DNA of 63,293 nucleotides from a virus (lineage: Duplodnaviria; Caudoviricetes). Of the stretch, positions 1-10,173 are shown one piece after another; within the stretch, counting starts at the first letter, position 1, and every line of letters begins with the position of its first letter. The stretch lies in IMG/VR virus record IMGVR_UViG_3300025875_000021, positions 1 through 63,293 of that record; one strand, given 5' to 3'. The notes beneath the pieces are model-generated. The model saw nothing but the letters and a program-made list of their open reading frames with translations, was not told where the DNA came from and did not search any database. The translations under genes and the position numbers were made by a program.

Positions 1-127
1 ACCGAGCAGGAGTTCGCATCGGCATCGCCGGCGTACAAGCAGGTCGCGTTCAGCTGGAAGATGCAGGGTAAGTAGTTCTCGCGAGATATTCATGCCCTAT
101 AACGAGAACCCACCACTCTGATCGAAA
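1..127. repeat. Terminal overlap, identical to 63167-63293 (circular assembly)
   Basis: accgagcagg...gatcgaaa occurs at both ends; 127 bp equals a common assembler k-mer; it cuts through gene 62627-63241. Confidence 0.95.
79..111 (+). promoter_or_regulatory. Conserved phage promoter-like motif
   Basis: TCGCGAgatattcatgcccTATAACgagaaccc; same motif as 10 other intergenic copies. Confidence 0.85.
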
Positions 128-136
128 GGCATAACC

Positions 137-439
137 ATGACCGAGATCCAGACTGAGAACGCCAACCTCGACCCGAAGACGGTCGTCAAGGGCGTCGCCA
201 CCTTCGTCGCCACCACATCTGTCGGATGGACCATCGGCAACGTGATCGGGAACACCACCAACGCCACAAAGGGTCATCAGAAGATGATGATCCGAGTGAC
301 CGCGATGGTCGCCACCGGTCTCGCCAACGACCCCGTCAAGCAGTTCGTGAGCGTGAAGGTCGACACCCTTTTCGACCACATCGAGAAGATCCGCGTCTTC
401 CACAAGGAGAACGTCAGCAACACCGCCGACTCCGAGTAG
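137..439 (+). CDS. Hypothetical cassette protein
   Basis: ORF with RBS gaaagg, directly after the promoter motif. Confidence 0.85.
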   Translation: MTEIQTENANLDPKTVVKGVATFVATTSVGWTIGNVIGNTTNATKGHQKMMIRVTAMVATGLANDPVKQFVSVKVDTLFDHIEKIRVFHKENVSNTADSE

Positions 440-450
440 TACTTCCACGG

Positions 451-480
451 GACCAGACACCAGCACATGGTGTCTTGGTC
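451..480 (+). terminator. Cassette-end hairpin (AGACACCA type)
   Basis: agacacca-gcaca-tggtgtct stem extended by gacc/ggtc, followed by tctcattttt. Confidence 0.65.
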
Positions 481-505
481 TCTCATTTTTCCGGAAAGAG
501 GACAT

Positions 506-1210
506 ATGACTGAGCAGTTCCCACCCAACCCCGTAGGGGCTCGAGGCGCCGTCTCTCGTCCTGAGGACAAGCAGCCGAAGCGTCACCCCATGCACGCAAG
601 GGAGGAGGCGGCGGCCACCGCGTCACCCTCGGACAAGAACGTCGAGCAGGTCGTGCACAGCAAGGTCGTCCGTCGCAAGAAGCCCTGGGGCCAGAAGGTC
701 GCCGACATGGTCGACGCAGGTGGAGTCGTGGGCTACATGCTCGGCGACGTGCTCATCCCTACGCTGCGAGCTTCGATCGTTGAGGCGTTCGCTGGTGGTC
801 TCGAGCGAGCGATCTACGGTGGTGACGTTCGTCCTGGCAATCGACTGCCTCTCCGTCCCGGTGGCGGCGTCGGACCGGTGCCCTACCACAACCGGTACCA
901 CTCCAGTGCGCCTGTGCGAGGCAACGCTCCGATCCACGAGCCGCGGCGCCTTGTGCGCAGGCACGAGGAGTGGGAGCAGATCATCGTCGCAACGCAGGCT
1001 GAAGCTCGTGAAGTCGTCGACCGTCTGTGGGATCTCGCCAACCGCTACCCCGCCGCAACCGTCGCCGACTACTACGAGATGCTCGGACAAACGCCGTCGT
1101 TCACCGACGAGCGCCGTGGGTGGACAGTGGACACCCTCCAGTACGCGGACATCAAGCGTGTCCGTGAAGGCTGGCTGATCGTCCTGCCCGATCCTGAGTC
1201 CGTCGTCTAA
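506..1210 (+). CDS. Hypothetical phage protein
   Basis: ATG 506 after gagga; C-terminal TVADYYEMLG..RRGW resembles the C-termini of 1410 and 61784. Confidence 0.8.
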   Translation: MTEQFPPNPVGARGAVSRPEDKQPKRHPMHAREEAAATASPSDKNVEQVVHSKVVRRKKPWGQKVADMVDAGGVVGYMLGDVLIPTLRASIVEAFAGGLERAIYGGDVRPGNRLPLRPGGGVGPVPYHNRYHSSAPVRGNAPIHEPRRLVRRHEEWEQIIVATQAEAREVVDRLWDLANRYPAATVADYYEMLGQTPSFTDERRGWTVDTLQYADIKRVREGWLIVLPDPESVV

Positions 1211-1413
1211 TGAGCGACATATTCGTGCATCCCACGTACGGGGGTCCACGAATGGACAGGCAGCCGGTGAACGTATGCCCGTGCTGCACGGGTAGACCGA
1301 TCAAGAGTCATCGCAGGGAGTTATGCAAGGACTGCTGGGACGCCTGCGTCCGCATGGTCTCCTGCAACCACACAACATCCAACACACCAAGCTCTGAAGG
1401 AGCATCCTCATGA
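1210..1413 (+). CDS. Small Cys-rich hypothetical protein
   Basis: CPCC/CKDC motifs; start and stop overlap the neighbouring genes. Confidence 0.55.
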   Translation: MSDIFVHPTYGGPRMDRQPVNVCPCCTGRPIKSHRRELCKDCWDACVRMVSCNHTTSNTPSSEGASS

Positions 1414-2306
1414 ACGTCGGCAACATTCTCAACTCGGCCAAGACGGCCGTCACCAGCAAGGCAGGACGTTCACTCCTGCACGTCCAGAAGCACTCCCCCA
1501 TCCTCCTCTTCGCCGCCGGCGGCGTCGGTGCGGTCACCAGCACCGTCCTGGCCTGCAAGGCTACGCTGCGTCTCGAGGAGACCACGTCCGACCACAACGA
1601 CAAGCTCGCCGACATCGAGTCCGCAGTCGAGAAGGGTGAGACCCCCTCGGGTCGGCCCTACTCGTCCGCTGACGGTCGACGTGATGCTGCCGTCGTCCGC
1701 GTCCGCAAGACGGTCGACGTCTGCAAGCTCTACGGTCCGGCCATCCTCGTGGGTGGTCTGTCCGTCGCGGCCCTGACCGGCTCGCACGTCATCCTGAGCA
1801 AGCGCAACACCGGCCTCATGGCAGCTTACGCGGCGCTCGACGCAGGCTTCCGGGACTACCGGGGCCGTGTCGCCAACCGCGTCGGTGTCGAGGAGGAGCG
1901 TGACCTCTACCTCAACGCCGAGGACCGTGAGGGCGTCGACGACGACGGCACCGCGGTCATCAAGAAGGTGGCCGAGGTGGCTCCCGGTACGTTCTACGCT
2001 CGGGTCTTCGACAAGAGCGTTGCACCCCACCAGGACCGCAACGAGCACAATGAGTTCTTCCTCCGTGGGGTCCAGTCGTACGCGAACGACATGCTGAACT
2101 CCCGAGGTCACCTGTTCCTGAACGAGCTGTACCGCGACCTCGGCCTCAGCCACACCAAGGCCGGCGCGATGGTCGGCTGGGTCAAGGGCAACCGTGAGGG
2201 TCAGGGCTTCATCGACATCGGCATCAACAACGGTCTGGTCTTCAACGGCGACGGTGGAATCGTCCTCGACTTCAACGTCGACGGCGTCATCCTCGACCTG
2301 ATCTGA
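1410..2306 (+). CDS. Conserved phage protein (DUF6353-like), paralog of 61784
   Basis: HSPILLFAAGGVGAVTSTVLACKAT, two hydrophobic segments, LFLNELYRDLG..VGW, LDFNVDG. Confidence 0.8.
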   Translation: MNVGNILNSAKTAVTSKAGRSLLHVQKHSPILLFAAGGVGAVTSTVLACKATLRLEETTSDHNDKLADIESAVEKGETPSGRPYSSADGRRDAAVVRVRKTVDVCKLYGPAILVGGLSVAALTGSHVILSKRNTGLMAAYAALDAGFRDYRGRVANRVGVEEERDLYLNAEDREGVDDDGTAVIKKVAEVAPGTFYARVFDKSVAPHQDRNEHNEFFLRGVQSYANDMLNSRGHLFLNELYRDLGLSHTKAGAMVGWVKGNREGQGFIDIGINNGLVFNGDGGIVLDFNVDGVILDLI

Positions 2307-2347
2307 TCTGTCCTACCCGTAAACACATATCTGAGAGGCAGGACAGC

Positions 2348-3310
2348 ATGGCTAAGAAGGAGATCATCAAGAACGCCGCGCTCACCGTTCGTGTGAACGA
2401 GGAGCCGATCGTCGACGCCCTGGAGTCCGTCAAGGACGCCGTCGTCGAGACGACGGGTGCGACTTACGACGTCGCTGAGGACGCGGTCGAGGCCGTCGTC
2501 TCGGCGTACCGCACCAACCCGTACATCATCGTCGGTGTCGCCGTCGTGGCGGCAAGCACCGGCGCATATCTTGGCTACCGGTACGGTGTCAAGAAGGCCG
2601 GTCTCCGGTTCGACGAGCGACTCGAGGGTGAGCTGGTCGCGATGGAGGACCACTACAAGCGGCTCGCCAAGGTCCCGCCGTACGACACCATCGAGTCAGC
2701 GGCCAAGGAGGTGCTGCCTCCCGAGACGCAGGCTGTCCTGGAGACCTACCAGGGCGGTGACGGCACGGAGATGGTTGTCGAGCTGCAGGGTCCTCTGCAG
2801 ATCTCGGAGCAGCGCCGGCAGGAGCGGGCAGCCGAGGCAGCAGAGCGTCTGCGTAAGGGCGCTCGTCCCGAAGTCGCCGAGGAGGTGCGTACGAACGTGT
2901 TTGCCAACAACAGCAATCTCCCTACGTGGGATGCGGCCTACGAGCTGACTCTTCGTGCGGAGCTCCCTGATGGGTACCCGTACGTCATCACTGCGGAGGA
3001 GTACAACTCCAACGAGAGTGACTACAACCAGGAGCAGCTGACGTACTTCGCCGGCGACGACACCCTCGTCGACTCGAAGGACATCCCTGTTGACAACGCC
3101 GAGCAGCTCGTCGGCGATGACAACCTCGAGCGCTTCGGACACGGGTCGGGCGATAGCAACATCGTCTATATCCGCAACGACAACCTGTCGATCGACATGG
3201 AGGTCGTACGAAGCGACTTCTCCTTCTCGAAGGCCGTGCACGGTTTCGACCCGGAGGTTGGTCGCTCCCTCAGCCGCGCCCCGCGGAGGATGAGGAGCGC
3301 GGATGAGTGA
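2348..3310 (+). CDS. Hypothetical protein with one TM segment
   Basis: 320-aa ORF with RBS; LTYFAGDDTL..VYIRND C-terminal domain. Confidence 0.85.
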   Translation: MAKKEIIKNAALTVRVNEEPIVDALESVKDAVVETTGATYDVAEDAVEAVVSAYRTNPYIIVGVAVVAASTGAYLGYRYGVKKAGLRFDERLEGELVAMEDHYKRLAKVPPYDTIESAAKEVLPPETQAVLETYQGGDGTEMVVELQGPLQISEQRRQERAAEAAERLRKGARPEVAEEVRTNVFANNSNLPTWDAAYELTLRAELPDGYPYVITAEEYNSNESDYNQEQLTYFAGDDTLVDSKDIPVDNAEQLVGDDNLERFGHGSGDSNIVYIRNDNLSIDMEVVRSDFSFSKAVHGFDPEVGRSLSRAPRRMRSADE

Positions 3311-3837
3311 GCGCACATCTCGACGAGCTGTATCTCACCTGGCTGTACGGTCATATCGCTAATCCAGAGATTGCGAATCCATCGCAGTCTTTCTGGAAGC
3401 TGGCGAAGCAGCTGTTCACAACCGAGTTCCTGAGCTTCGTCCCGAACGACGACAACCGCGTCGAAGACGGACGAGCTCTGAGGTACGAGTTCATCGATGA
3501 CCTAGGTCTCGAGGATGTGGACCCACACTGGATGGCAGTGGGTTGCTCATTTCTGGAGATGCTGATTGGGCTTTCCAGGCGGCTGTCCTTCCAAGACGAG
3601 GGGCAGCCGCTTGAGTGGTTCTGGCATCTCCTCGCAAATCTAGGGCTTCGATACAACGACCGTGTCCGAGAAACAACCATGGGTTATGAGATCAAGGAGG
3701 TCACCGATCGAGTCGTATACCGGACGTACGATTCAAGTGGCCGTGGCGGGCTCTTCCCGTTGATCCATCCCGACGCAGACCAGAGACGTGTAGAGCTATG
3801 GTACCAGCTCAACGCATATCTCCAGGAGCGTAACTAG
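3307..3837 (+). CDS. Conserved hypothetical protein upstream of the replicase
   Basis: NDDNRVEDGRALR, CSFLEMLIGL, GGLFPL, ELWYQLNAYL. Confidence 0.85.
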   Translation: MSAHLDELYLTWLYGHIANPEIANPSQSFWKLAKQLFTTEFLSFVPNDDNRVEDGRALRYEFIDDLGLEDVDPHWMAVGCSFLEMLIGLSRRLSFQDEGQPLEWFWHLLANLGLRYNDRVRETTMGYEIKEVTDRVVYRTYDSSGRGGLFPLIHPDADQRRVELWYQLNAYLQERN

Positions 3838-3853
3838 ATCGAGAGGAGGGTGG

Positions 3854-6800
3854 ATGGACTTCTACCGAATCGGCATCAAGGAGACCAAGGAAGGTGTCCT
3901 GGAGATCTACCCAGACTTCCTCGTAGGACGCTCTGAGGACCTGATGGTCCGCGCTCGAGGGTTCTATGCGATCTGGGATGAGAAGACCGCTCTGTGGTCC
4001 ACTGACGAGTATGACGTACAGCGTCTCGTTGACGAGGAGTTGTGGGCGTACGCAGATCAGAAGAAGGCTGAAGGGGTACCGTGCAACGTCAAGAGCATGC
4101 GGTCCTTCGACAGCAACAGCTGGAATCGGTTCCGAAGCTTCGTAGGCCAGGTCAGTGACAACAGCACCCAGTTGGATCAGTCACTGACCTTTGCTTCACA
4201 GAAGGCGGAGCGGAAGCACCACGTGAGTAAGCGTCTCTCGTACGACATCGAACCTGGCGACTGCAGCGCCTGGGACGAGATGATCGGGACGCTATATTCG
4301 GTCGAGGAGCGCACCAAGATCGAGTGGGCCATCGGCTCAGTCCTTACTGGTGACTCAAAGTCCATCGAGAAGTTCCTCGTGTTCTACGGCTCCGCAGGTA
4401 CGGGTAAGTCTACCGTACTTAAGATCATCGAGAAGCTGTTCAGGGGCTACGTGTCGAGCTTCGAGGCGAAGGCTCTGGGGTCCAACAGCAATCAGTTCGC
4501 CACGGAAGCCTTCAAGAGCAATCCTCTTGTCGCAATCCAGCATGACGGCGACTTAAGTCGGATCGAGGACAATACGGTCCTCAACAGCATCATTTCTCAC
4601 GAGCCGATGCGCATCAACGAGAAGTACAAGCCGGGCTATGACGCACAGATCAACGCGTTCCTCTTCATGGGGACAAACCAGCCCGTCAAGATTACCGACT
4701 CCAAGTCGGGCATTATTCGTCGGCTCATCGACGTCCACCCCACGGGCGTACGGATTCCGGCGAACCATTACACAACCCTGGTGTCTCGGATCGACTTCGA
4801 GCTTGGTGCAATCGCGCACCACTGCCGAGAGGTATATTTGAGCCTGGGTAAGAACCACTACAACGGCTACAAGCCGCTCGAGATGATGTTCCAGACGGAC
4901 GTGTTCTTCAACTTCGTTGAGAGCACATACGACATATTCAAGGCGCAGGACGGTACGACCCTCAAGCAGGCGTACCAGCTGTACAAGGAATTCTGCGCCG
5001 ACAGCGGGATCGAAAGACCGCTGCCCATGTACAAGATGCGAAGCGAGCTTCAGAACTACTTCGACGAGTTCAAGGATAGGGCCGAGGTCGACGGTCACAT
5101 GGTGCGGAACTACTACTCAGGTTTCAACGCTCGACCGTTCAAGGCGCCAGCGGAGGAGGCCAACACCTACTCGCTGGTTCTCGACGAGACAGAGTCCCTG
5201 CTCGACGAGATGTTGGGGTCGATGCCGGCCCAGGGTGCAACGACCGCGGGAACCCCTCTGCAACGGTGGGCTTCTGTGGCAACCACCCTGGCCGACATCG
5301 ACACCTCACAGCAGCACTTCGTGAAGGTTCCGGCCAACCATATTGTGATCGACTTCGATCTGAAGGGTGAAGATGGAGAAAAGTCACTCGAGCGAAACCT
5401 CGAAGCCGCAAGCGTCTGGCCTGTCACCTACGCCGAAATCTCGAAAGGCGGGGCAGGCATCCATCTACATTATCTCTGGACCGGTGGAGACGTGGCCGAA
5501 CTCTCGCCTACGTACTCTGATGGAATTGAGATCAAGGTGTACACAGGGGACAGCTCCCTGCGTCGCCGGTTGTCCAAGTGTAACGCGCTGCCTGTTTCAG
5601 AGCTGAGCACAGGTTTGCCTAAGAAGGAGAAGAAGATGCAGAATCCCCAAACGATGCAAAGCGAGCGGGGTCTGCGGAACCTGATCGAGCGGAACCTCCG
5701 CAAGGAGATCCACCCAGGAACCAAGCCTTCGGTCGACTTCATCAAGACGATCCTGGACGAAGCATATTCGACGGGAATGGTCTACGACGTCACAGACATG
5801 AGGTCCCGCATCATGACGTTCGCGACCAACAGCAGCAACAAGGCGATGGAGTGCCTGAAGCTGGTGCAGATCATGAAGTTCCACTCAGAGCGTGCAGAGG
5901 TGCCGGCGCAGGCCGAGCCACCCACGGATGCTCCGATTGTGTTCTTCGACGTGGAGGTATATCCCAACCTCTTCGTCGTCTGCTGGAAGTACCAGGGTGT
6001 GGACGAGGTCGCGCGGATGATCAATCCGAGCGCCCAGGAGATCGAGAAGCTTCTCAGTTTGAAGCTTGTCGGCTTCAACTGTCGGCACTACGACAACCAC
6101 ATCATCTACGCCGCATATCTGGGCTACAGCGTCGAGCAGCTGTATCAGCTTTCCCAGAAGATCATCGTGCAGAAGGATCGCAACGCATCCTTCGGCGAAG
6201 CGTACAGCATCTCCTACTCCGACATCTTCGAGTTCTCTTCGAAGAAGGAGTCGCTCAAGTGGTTCGAGATCCACCTGGGTCTCACACACATGGAGATGGA
6301 CCTGCCCTGGGATCAGCCTGTCCCGGACGAGCTTATTCCGAAGGTCGTCGAGTACTGCGTCAACGACGTCCGTGCTACGGAGGCGGTGTTCGAGGATCGC
6401 AAGGGTGACTTCACAGCTCGGCAGATTCTTGCTGAGCTGAGTGGTCTCACGATCAACGACACAACGCCGAAGCACACCGCTCGGATCATATTCGGGAACG
6501 TGAAGAACCCGCAGCAGCACTTCACCTACACTAACCTGGGTAACGAGTTCCCGGGTTACAAGTACAGCTTCGGTAAGTCGGAGTATGCTGGCGAGGATCC
6601 GGGTGAGGGCGGCTACGTGTATGCCGAGCCGGGGATCTACGAGAACGTCGCTCTGCTGGATGTAGCGTCGATGCACCCGACTTCGCTTGTCCAGCTCGGC
6701 TACTTCGGCGAGTACACCGAGAACTTCCACGATCTGTTGAAGGCTCGTCTGGCCATCAAGGCTGGCGACTACGACTCGGCTCGAGAGATGCTGGACGGTC

Positions 6801-7573
6801 GTCTCGCGCCATATCTGACGGACAAGGAGGGAGCTAAGGAGCTCGCTTATGCCCTGAAGATTGTCATCAACATCGTGTATGGCCTCACGTCAGCCAAGTT
6901 CGACAACCCGTTCAGGGACCCGCGCAACAAGGACAACATTGTTGCGAAGCGCGGCGCCCTGTTCATGATCGACCTCAAGCACGCGGTCCAGGCGGAGGGC
7001 TACACCGTCGTTCACATCAAGACGGACTCCATCAAGATTGCGAATGCTGACGAGTTCATCATCGACTTCGTTTCGAAGTTCGGGGAGAAGTACGGCTACG
7101 ACTTCGAGCACGAGGCCACGTACGAGCGGTTCTGCCTCGTGAACGATGCCGTCTATATTGCTCGGGAGGCCAACTGCCTTGGTGACTGCTGGAAGGCAGT
7201 GGGTGCGCAGTTCCAGCACCCGTTCGTCTACAAGACGCTGTTCACCGGCGAAGAGGTCACGTTCAACGACATGTGCGAGACCAAGCAGGTACAGAAGGGG
7301 TCCATGCACTTGGCGTACGAGGATGGTAAGCGCATATTCGTCGGTAAGAGCGGGCGCTTTGTGCCTGTGACATCCGGCGGAGGAACGCTGCTTCGTGTGA
7401 ATGAGGACAAGGATCACGCGGTATCTGGCACTAAGGGGTTCCTGTGGATGGACGCCGAAATGGCGAAGAAGCAGGATGACCTTGAGATCGATGTTCGATA
7501 CTTCGACGCACTTGCGGAGAAGGCCGTTGCAGCCATCAACAAGTATGGCGACTATGAGGAGTTCATCAGATGA
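3854..7573 (+). CDS. Fused SF3 (D5-like) helicase / primase / family-B-like DNA polymerase
   Basis: Walker A GSAGTGKST and MGTN; primase-like IDFD and SKGGAGIHLHY; 3'-5' exonuclease FDVE, GFNCRHYD, YCVND; polymerase motifs DVASMHPT, KIVINIVYG, IKTDS. Confidence 0.9.
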   Translation: MDFYRIGIKETKEGVLEIYPDFLVGRSEDLMVRARGFYAIWDEKTALWSTDEYDVQRLVDEELWAYADQKKAEGVPCNVKSMRSFDSNSWNRFRSFVGQVSDNSTQLDQSLTFASQKAERKHHVSKRLSYDIEPGDCSAWDEMIGTLYSVEERTKIEWAIGSVLTGDSKSIEKFLVFYGSAGTGKSTVLKIIEKLFRGYVSSFEAKALGSNSNQFATEAFKSNPLVAIQHDGDLSRIEDNTVLNSIISHEPMRINEKYKPGYDAQINAFLFMGTNQPVKITDSKSGIIRRLIDVHPTGVRIPANHYTTLVSRIDFELGAIAHHCREVYLSLGKNHYNGYKPLEMMFQTDVFFNFVESTYDIFKAQDGTTLKQAYQLYKEFCADSGIERPLPMYKMRSELQNYFDEFKDRAEVDGHMVRNYYSGFNARPFKAPAEEANTYSLVLDETESLLDEMLGSMPAQGATTAGTPLQRWASVATTLADIDTSQQHFVKVPANHIVIDFDLKGEDGEKSLERNLEAASVWPVTYAEISKGGAGIHLHYLWTGGDVAELSPTYSDGIEIKVYTGDSSLRRRLSKCNALPVSELSTGLPKKEKKMQNPQTMQSERGLRNLIERNLRKEIHPGTKPSVDFIKTILDEAYSTGMVYDVTDMRSRIMTFATNSSNKAMECLKLVQIMKFHSERAEVPAQAEPPTDAPIVFFDVEVYPNLFVVCWKYQGVDEVARMINPSAQEIEKLLSLKLVGFNCRHYDNHIIYAAYLGYSVEQLYQLSQKIIVQKDRNASFGEAYSISYSDIFEFSSKKESLKWFEIHLGLTHMEMDLPWDQPVPDELIPKVVEYCVNDVRATEAVFEDRKGDFTARQILAELSGLTINDTTPKHTARIIFGNVKNPQQHFTYTNLGNEFPGYKYSFGKSEYAGEDPGEGGYVYAEPGIYENVALLDVASMHPTSLVQLGYFGEYTENFHDLLKARLAIKAGDYDSAREMLDGRLAPYLTDKEGAKELAYALKIVINIVYGLTSAKFDNPFRDPRNKDNIVAKRGALFMIDLKHAVQAEGYTVVHIKTDSIKIANADEFIIDFVSKFGEKYGYDFEHEATYERFCLVNDAVYIAREANCLGDCWKAVGAQFQHPFVYKTLFTGEEVTFNDMCETKQVQKGSMHLAYEDGKRIFVGKSGRFVPVTSGGGTLLRVNEDKDHAVSGTKGFLWMDAEMAKKQDDLEIDVRYFDALAEKAVAAINKYGDYEEFIR

Positions 7574-8367
7574 AGAAGCCGTGGAGAGCAGGACCCCTCG
7601 GGAAGGCCCTCAACCTGCACTCGCCCAGCGCCCACACGTGGGGGCAGTGCTGGTGCCAGGGGCCAAGCCCGCTGATGCTCCGATCCGACTTCGACGTGGA
7701 GCTGGTGCAGCACCTGGGCTCGGACGAGATGATCTGCAAGGCTGCTCGGGTTTCGACCCTGGGCGCTGCGTCGATCGACTCGTCCGAGTCCGCGGGGCTC
7801 ATCAACTACCTCGCTCGGAACCGGCACGGAGTGCCCTTCGAACACGGACTGCTGACCTTCCGTGTCTTCCAGCCGATCGCCATGTGGCGAGAGACTCAGA
7901 CACACCGGGCCGGCGTCAGCATCAGCAACGAGTCCGCTCGTTACCGGGAGCTCCAGCCCGTCATGTACGTGCCGCCCTTCGCCCGGAAGCTCGTCCAGGT
8001 CGGCAAGAACAGCACCTACTCGTTCGATCACGGAACGCCGGAGCTGTACGACATCATGATGGACACGATGGTCGGTTCCTACGACCTGGCGTGGCACAAC
8101 TACCAGCACATGCTCAAGCACGGTGTGGCGAAGGAGATCGCGCGATTCTGCTTGCCGTTCGGGATCTACTCCTCGGGCTACATCACGTACAACCCTCGCA
8201 GTCTCATGCACTTCCTATCGCTGCGCGTCAAGGCTGAGGAGTCGACCTTCCCGTCGAACCCGCAGTGGGAGATCAACCAGGTGGCAGACCAGATGGAGGC
8301 CATCTTCGCACAGCACTTCCCGCTCACGCACACCGCGTTCGTCAACAACGGCCGCGTCTCTCCATAG
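7570..8367 (+). CDS. thyX: Flavin-dependent thymidylate synthase
   Basis: AARVS, HGVPFEH, THR..SISNESARY, KEIARFCLP, NPRSLMHFLSLR, QWEI. Confidence 0.92.
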   Translation: MKKPWRAGPLGKALNLHSPSAHTWGQCWCQGPSPLMLRSDFDVELVQHLGSDEMICKAARVSTLGAASIDSSESAGLINYLARNRHGVPFEHGLLTFRVFQPIAMWRETQTHRAGVSISNESARYRELQPVMYVPPFARKLVQVGKNSTYSFDHGTPELYDIMMDTMVGSYDLAWHNYQHMLKHGVAKEIARFCLPFGIYSSGYITYNPRSLMHFLSLRVKAEESTFPSNPQWEINQVADQMEAIFAQHFPLTHTAFVNNGRVSP

Positions 8368-8393
8368 CACAACATATCTGAAGGAGAACTCTG

Positions 8394-8600
8394 ATGGAGC
8401 TGCTCAAGAACGTGTTCAGCCAGATGGCGCTGTACGGCGAGAAGCTGCACACCAGCGTCAAGCCCACGGCCGAGGTCTCGGGCCGGAAGGTGTCGAAGCA
8501 CGCCGGTGCCACCAAGCGACCGATGCACCTGAAGCGCCGCGAGCGTCGAGCCGCCAACAAGATCGCCAAGGCCAGTCGCAAGCGCAACCGTCGTGGGTAG
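8394..8600 (+). CDS. Small basic hypothetical protein
   Basis: RBS aaggag; Arg/Lys-rich C-terminus. Confidence 0.75.
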   Translation: MELLKNVFSQMALYGEKLHTSVKPTAEVSGRKVSKHAGATKRPMHLKRRERRAANKIAKASRKRNRRG

Positions 8601-8850
8601 CCCGGCGCCGCTCGTGATCTATGTGGCCGCCCAGCGTGTCGTCGTAGGGAAGACCTGGTTCGACCCCGCGGCGGGCGAGATCAAGGCCCTCCTCGACCAG
8701 GACATGCCGGCTGCTGCACGAGCGATCATCTACAACCCCCTGTTCCGACGTGAGTACTCCATCGTGCCGGCACCAGCTGTGCTGAGCACGTTCGAGCGGC
8801 TCATGACCACTCAGACGACACACGTCGTCACCGACATCGAGGAGGGCTAA
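8593..8850 (+). CDS. Hypothetical protein
   Basis: Fills the gap between genes; stop overlaps the next start. Confidence 0.6.
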   Translation: MGSPAPLVIYVAAQRVVVGKTWFDPAAGEIKALLDQDMPAAARAIIYNPLFRREYSIVPAPAVLSTFERLMTTQTTHVVTDIEEG

Positions 8851-9437
8851 TGCCCGAGAAGAAGAGGCTAGACAACCTCACGCTCTACGGGGTGCGGCTG
8901 CTCTACCGCAACTTCGCCGGTCGTGCGCAGCAGTTCAACGAGGAGGGCAACCGCAACTTCAACATCATCCTCGACCCCGAGCTGGCCGACAAGCTGGCGC
9001 AGGACGGCTGGAACGTCAAGACGCAGCGCGTCCGTGAGGAGGGCGATATCCCGGATCGTCTCCTCGCCGTCAAGGTCAACTTCAAGAGTGAGCGACCGCC
9101 GAAGGTCGTCATGATCGCCGGCAAGAACCGCGTCGCTCTCGGCCCCGACGAGGTAGCGGTGCTCGACTTCGCTGACCTCGGCAACGTCGACGTCACGCTG
9201 AACCCATATCCGTGGGAGATGTCGGGTAAGACCGGCATCACAGCGTACCTCAAGACGTGCTACGCCACGCTCAACCAGGACGAGCTGGAGATGAAGTACG
9301 GCGACGACCAGCAGTCGGCTCTGCCGTTTGGACTCGAGGCCACCGATGGCGTCAACGACAACATCGACGAGGCTGATGGCGAGGACGAGGACGACGAACA
9401 CGCTGGGCTGCTGAGCCAGAACGAGGAGGTCGACTGA
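8850..9437 (+). CDS. Putative single-stranded DNA-binding protein
   Basis: YRNFAG..GNRNF, GWNVK, GITAYLK with an acidic C-terminal tail, in the replication module. Confidence 0.65.
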   Translation: MPEKKRLDNLTLYGVRLLYRNFAGRAQQFNEEGNRNFNIILDPELADKLAQDGWNVKTQRVREEGDIPDRLLAVKVNFKSERPPKVVMIAGKNRVALGPDEVAVLDFADLGNVDVTLNPYPWEMSGKTGITAYLKTCYATLNQDELEMKYGDDQQSALPFGLEATDGVNDNIDEADGEDEDDEHAGLLSQNEEVD

Positions 9438-9598
9438 TGGCCAGAGACGTCGATAGAGTAATGGATTACGTCCACCATATGCTGGACGTTCCGCCCGTAC
9501 ATCGTCAAGTCATGCTCAATCGCCTCGATCCTCCGCCAACTCAGGAGGAGCTCGATCGAGCTAGAGAGCAAGTCTATCCCACAAAGGCGGTCGACTGA
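9437..9598 (+). CDS. Small hypothetical protein (53 aa, not in ORF track)
   Basis: TGATG overlaps at both ends; MARDVDRVMDY... Confidence 0.65.
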   Translation: MARDVDRVMDYVHHMLDVPPVHRQVMLNRLDPPPTQEELDRAREQVYPTKAVD

Positions 9599-10173
9599 TG
9601 TCCAAGCTTTCGGTCATTTTCGACATCGACGACGTCCTCATCCCGATCCTCTCGAAGGTCCACGAGGCGATCGGCGCTGCCGGTCTCAACCCGGACAACC
9701 GGAACATGACCCGGTGGGAGATGCATCTCGACTACGGCTGCACCAAGGAGCAGTGGGTCGAGGTCTTCAGTAGTCTGGCCGTTCCCGACGGGATCTACCA
9801 CGCGGCGCCATATCCTGGCGTCAAGCAAGCGATGGACAACCTGCAGGACGCCGGACACGACATCCACCTCGTGACTGCTCGTGGGTTCCATAACCACGCC
9901 GAGCAGATCCGTAAGTGGACACACGAGTGGAAGGAGCTCTGGGATATTCCAGGCACTCTCACTTTCGCCCATCGAAAGGGCGAAGAGGTCAGCCGACTGG
10001 AGGCAGACTACGCGGTGGATGACGGGATCCACAACGTTCGAGACATGACAGCTGCCGGAGCAACGGCATATCTCATGAACCGAGACCACAACCTGAGCGA
10101 CTACTGGCACCCGGACTACCGAGTCAACAGCGTCTCGGAGTTCGTGCTGAAGGTGTTGAACACTGATGGCTGA
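9598..10173 (+). CDS. HAD-family 5'(3')-deoxyribonucleotidase-like phosphatase
   Basis: FDIDDVL, PYPGV, LVTAR, K, AVDD HAD motifs. Confidence 0.85.
   Translation: MSKLSVIFDIDDVLIPILSKVHEAIGAAGLNPDNRNMTRWEMHLDYGCTKEQWVEVFSSLAVPDGIYHAAPYPGVKQAMDNLQDAGHDIHLVTARGFHNHAEQIRKWTHEWKELWDIPGTLTFAHRKGEEVSRLEADYAVDDGIHNVRDMTAAGATAYLMNRDHNLSDYWHPDYRVNSVSEFVLKVLNTDG

Noticed and set aside
1-127. Direct terminal repeat as a biological DTR
   Set aside because: Exactly 127 bp (a common assembler k-mer) and it splits a gene; a better end candidate exists near 26.24 kb
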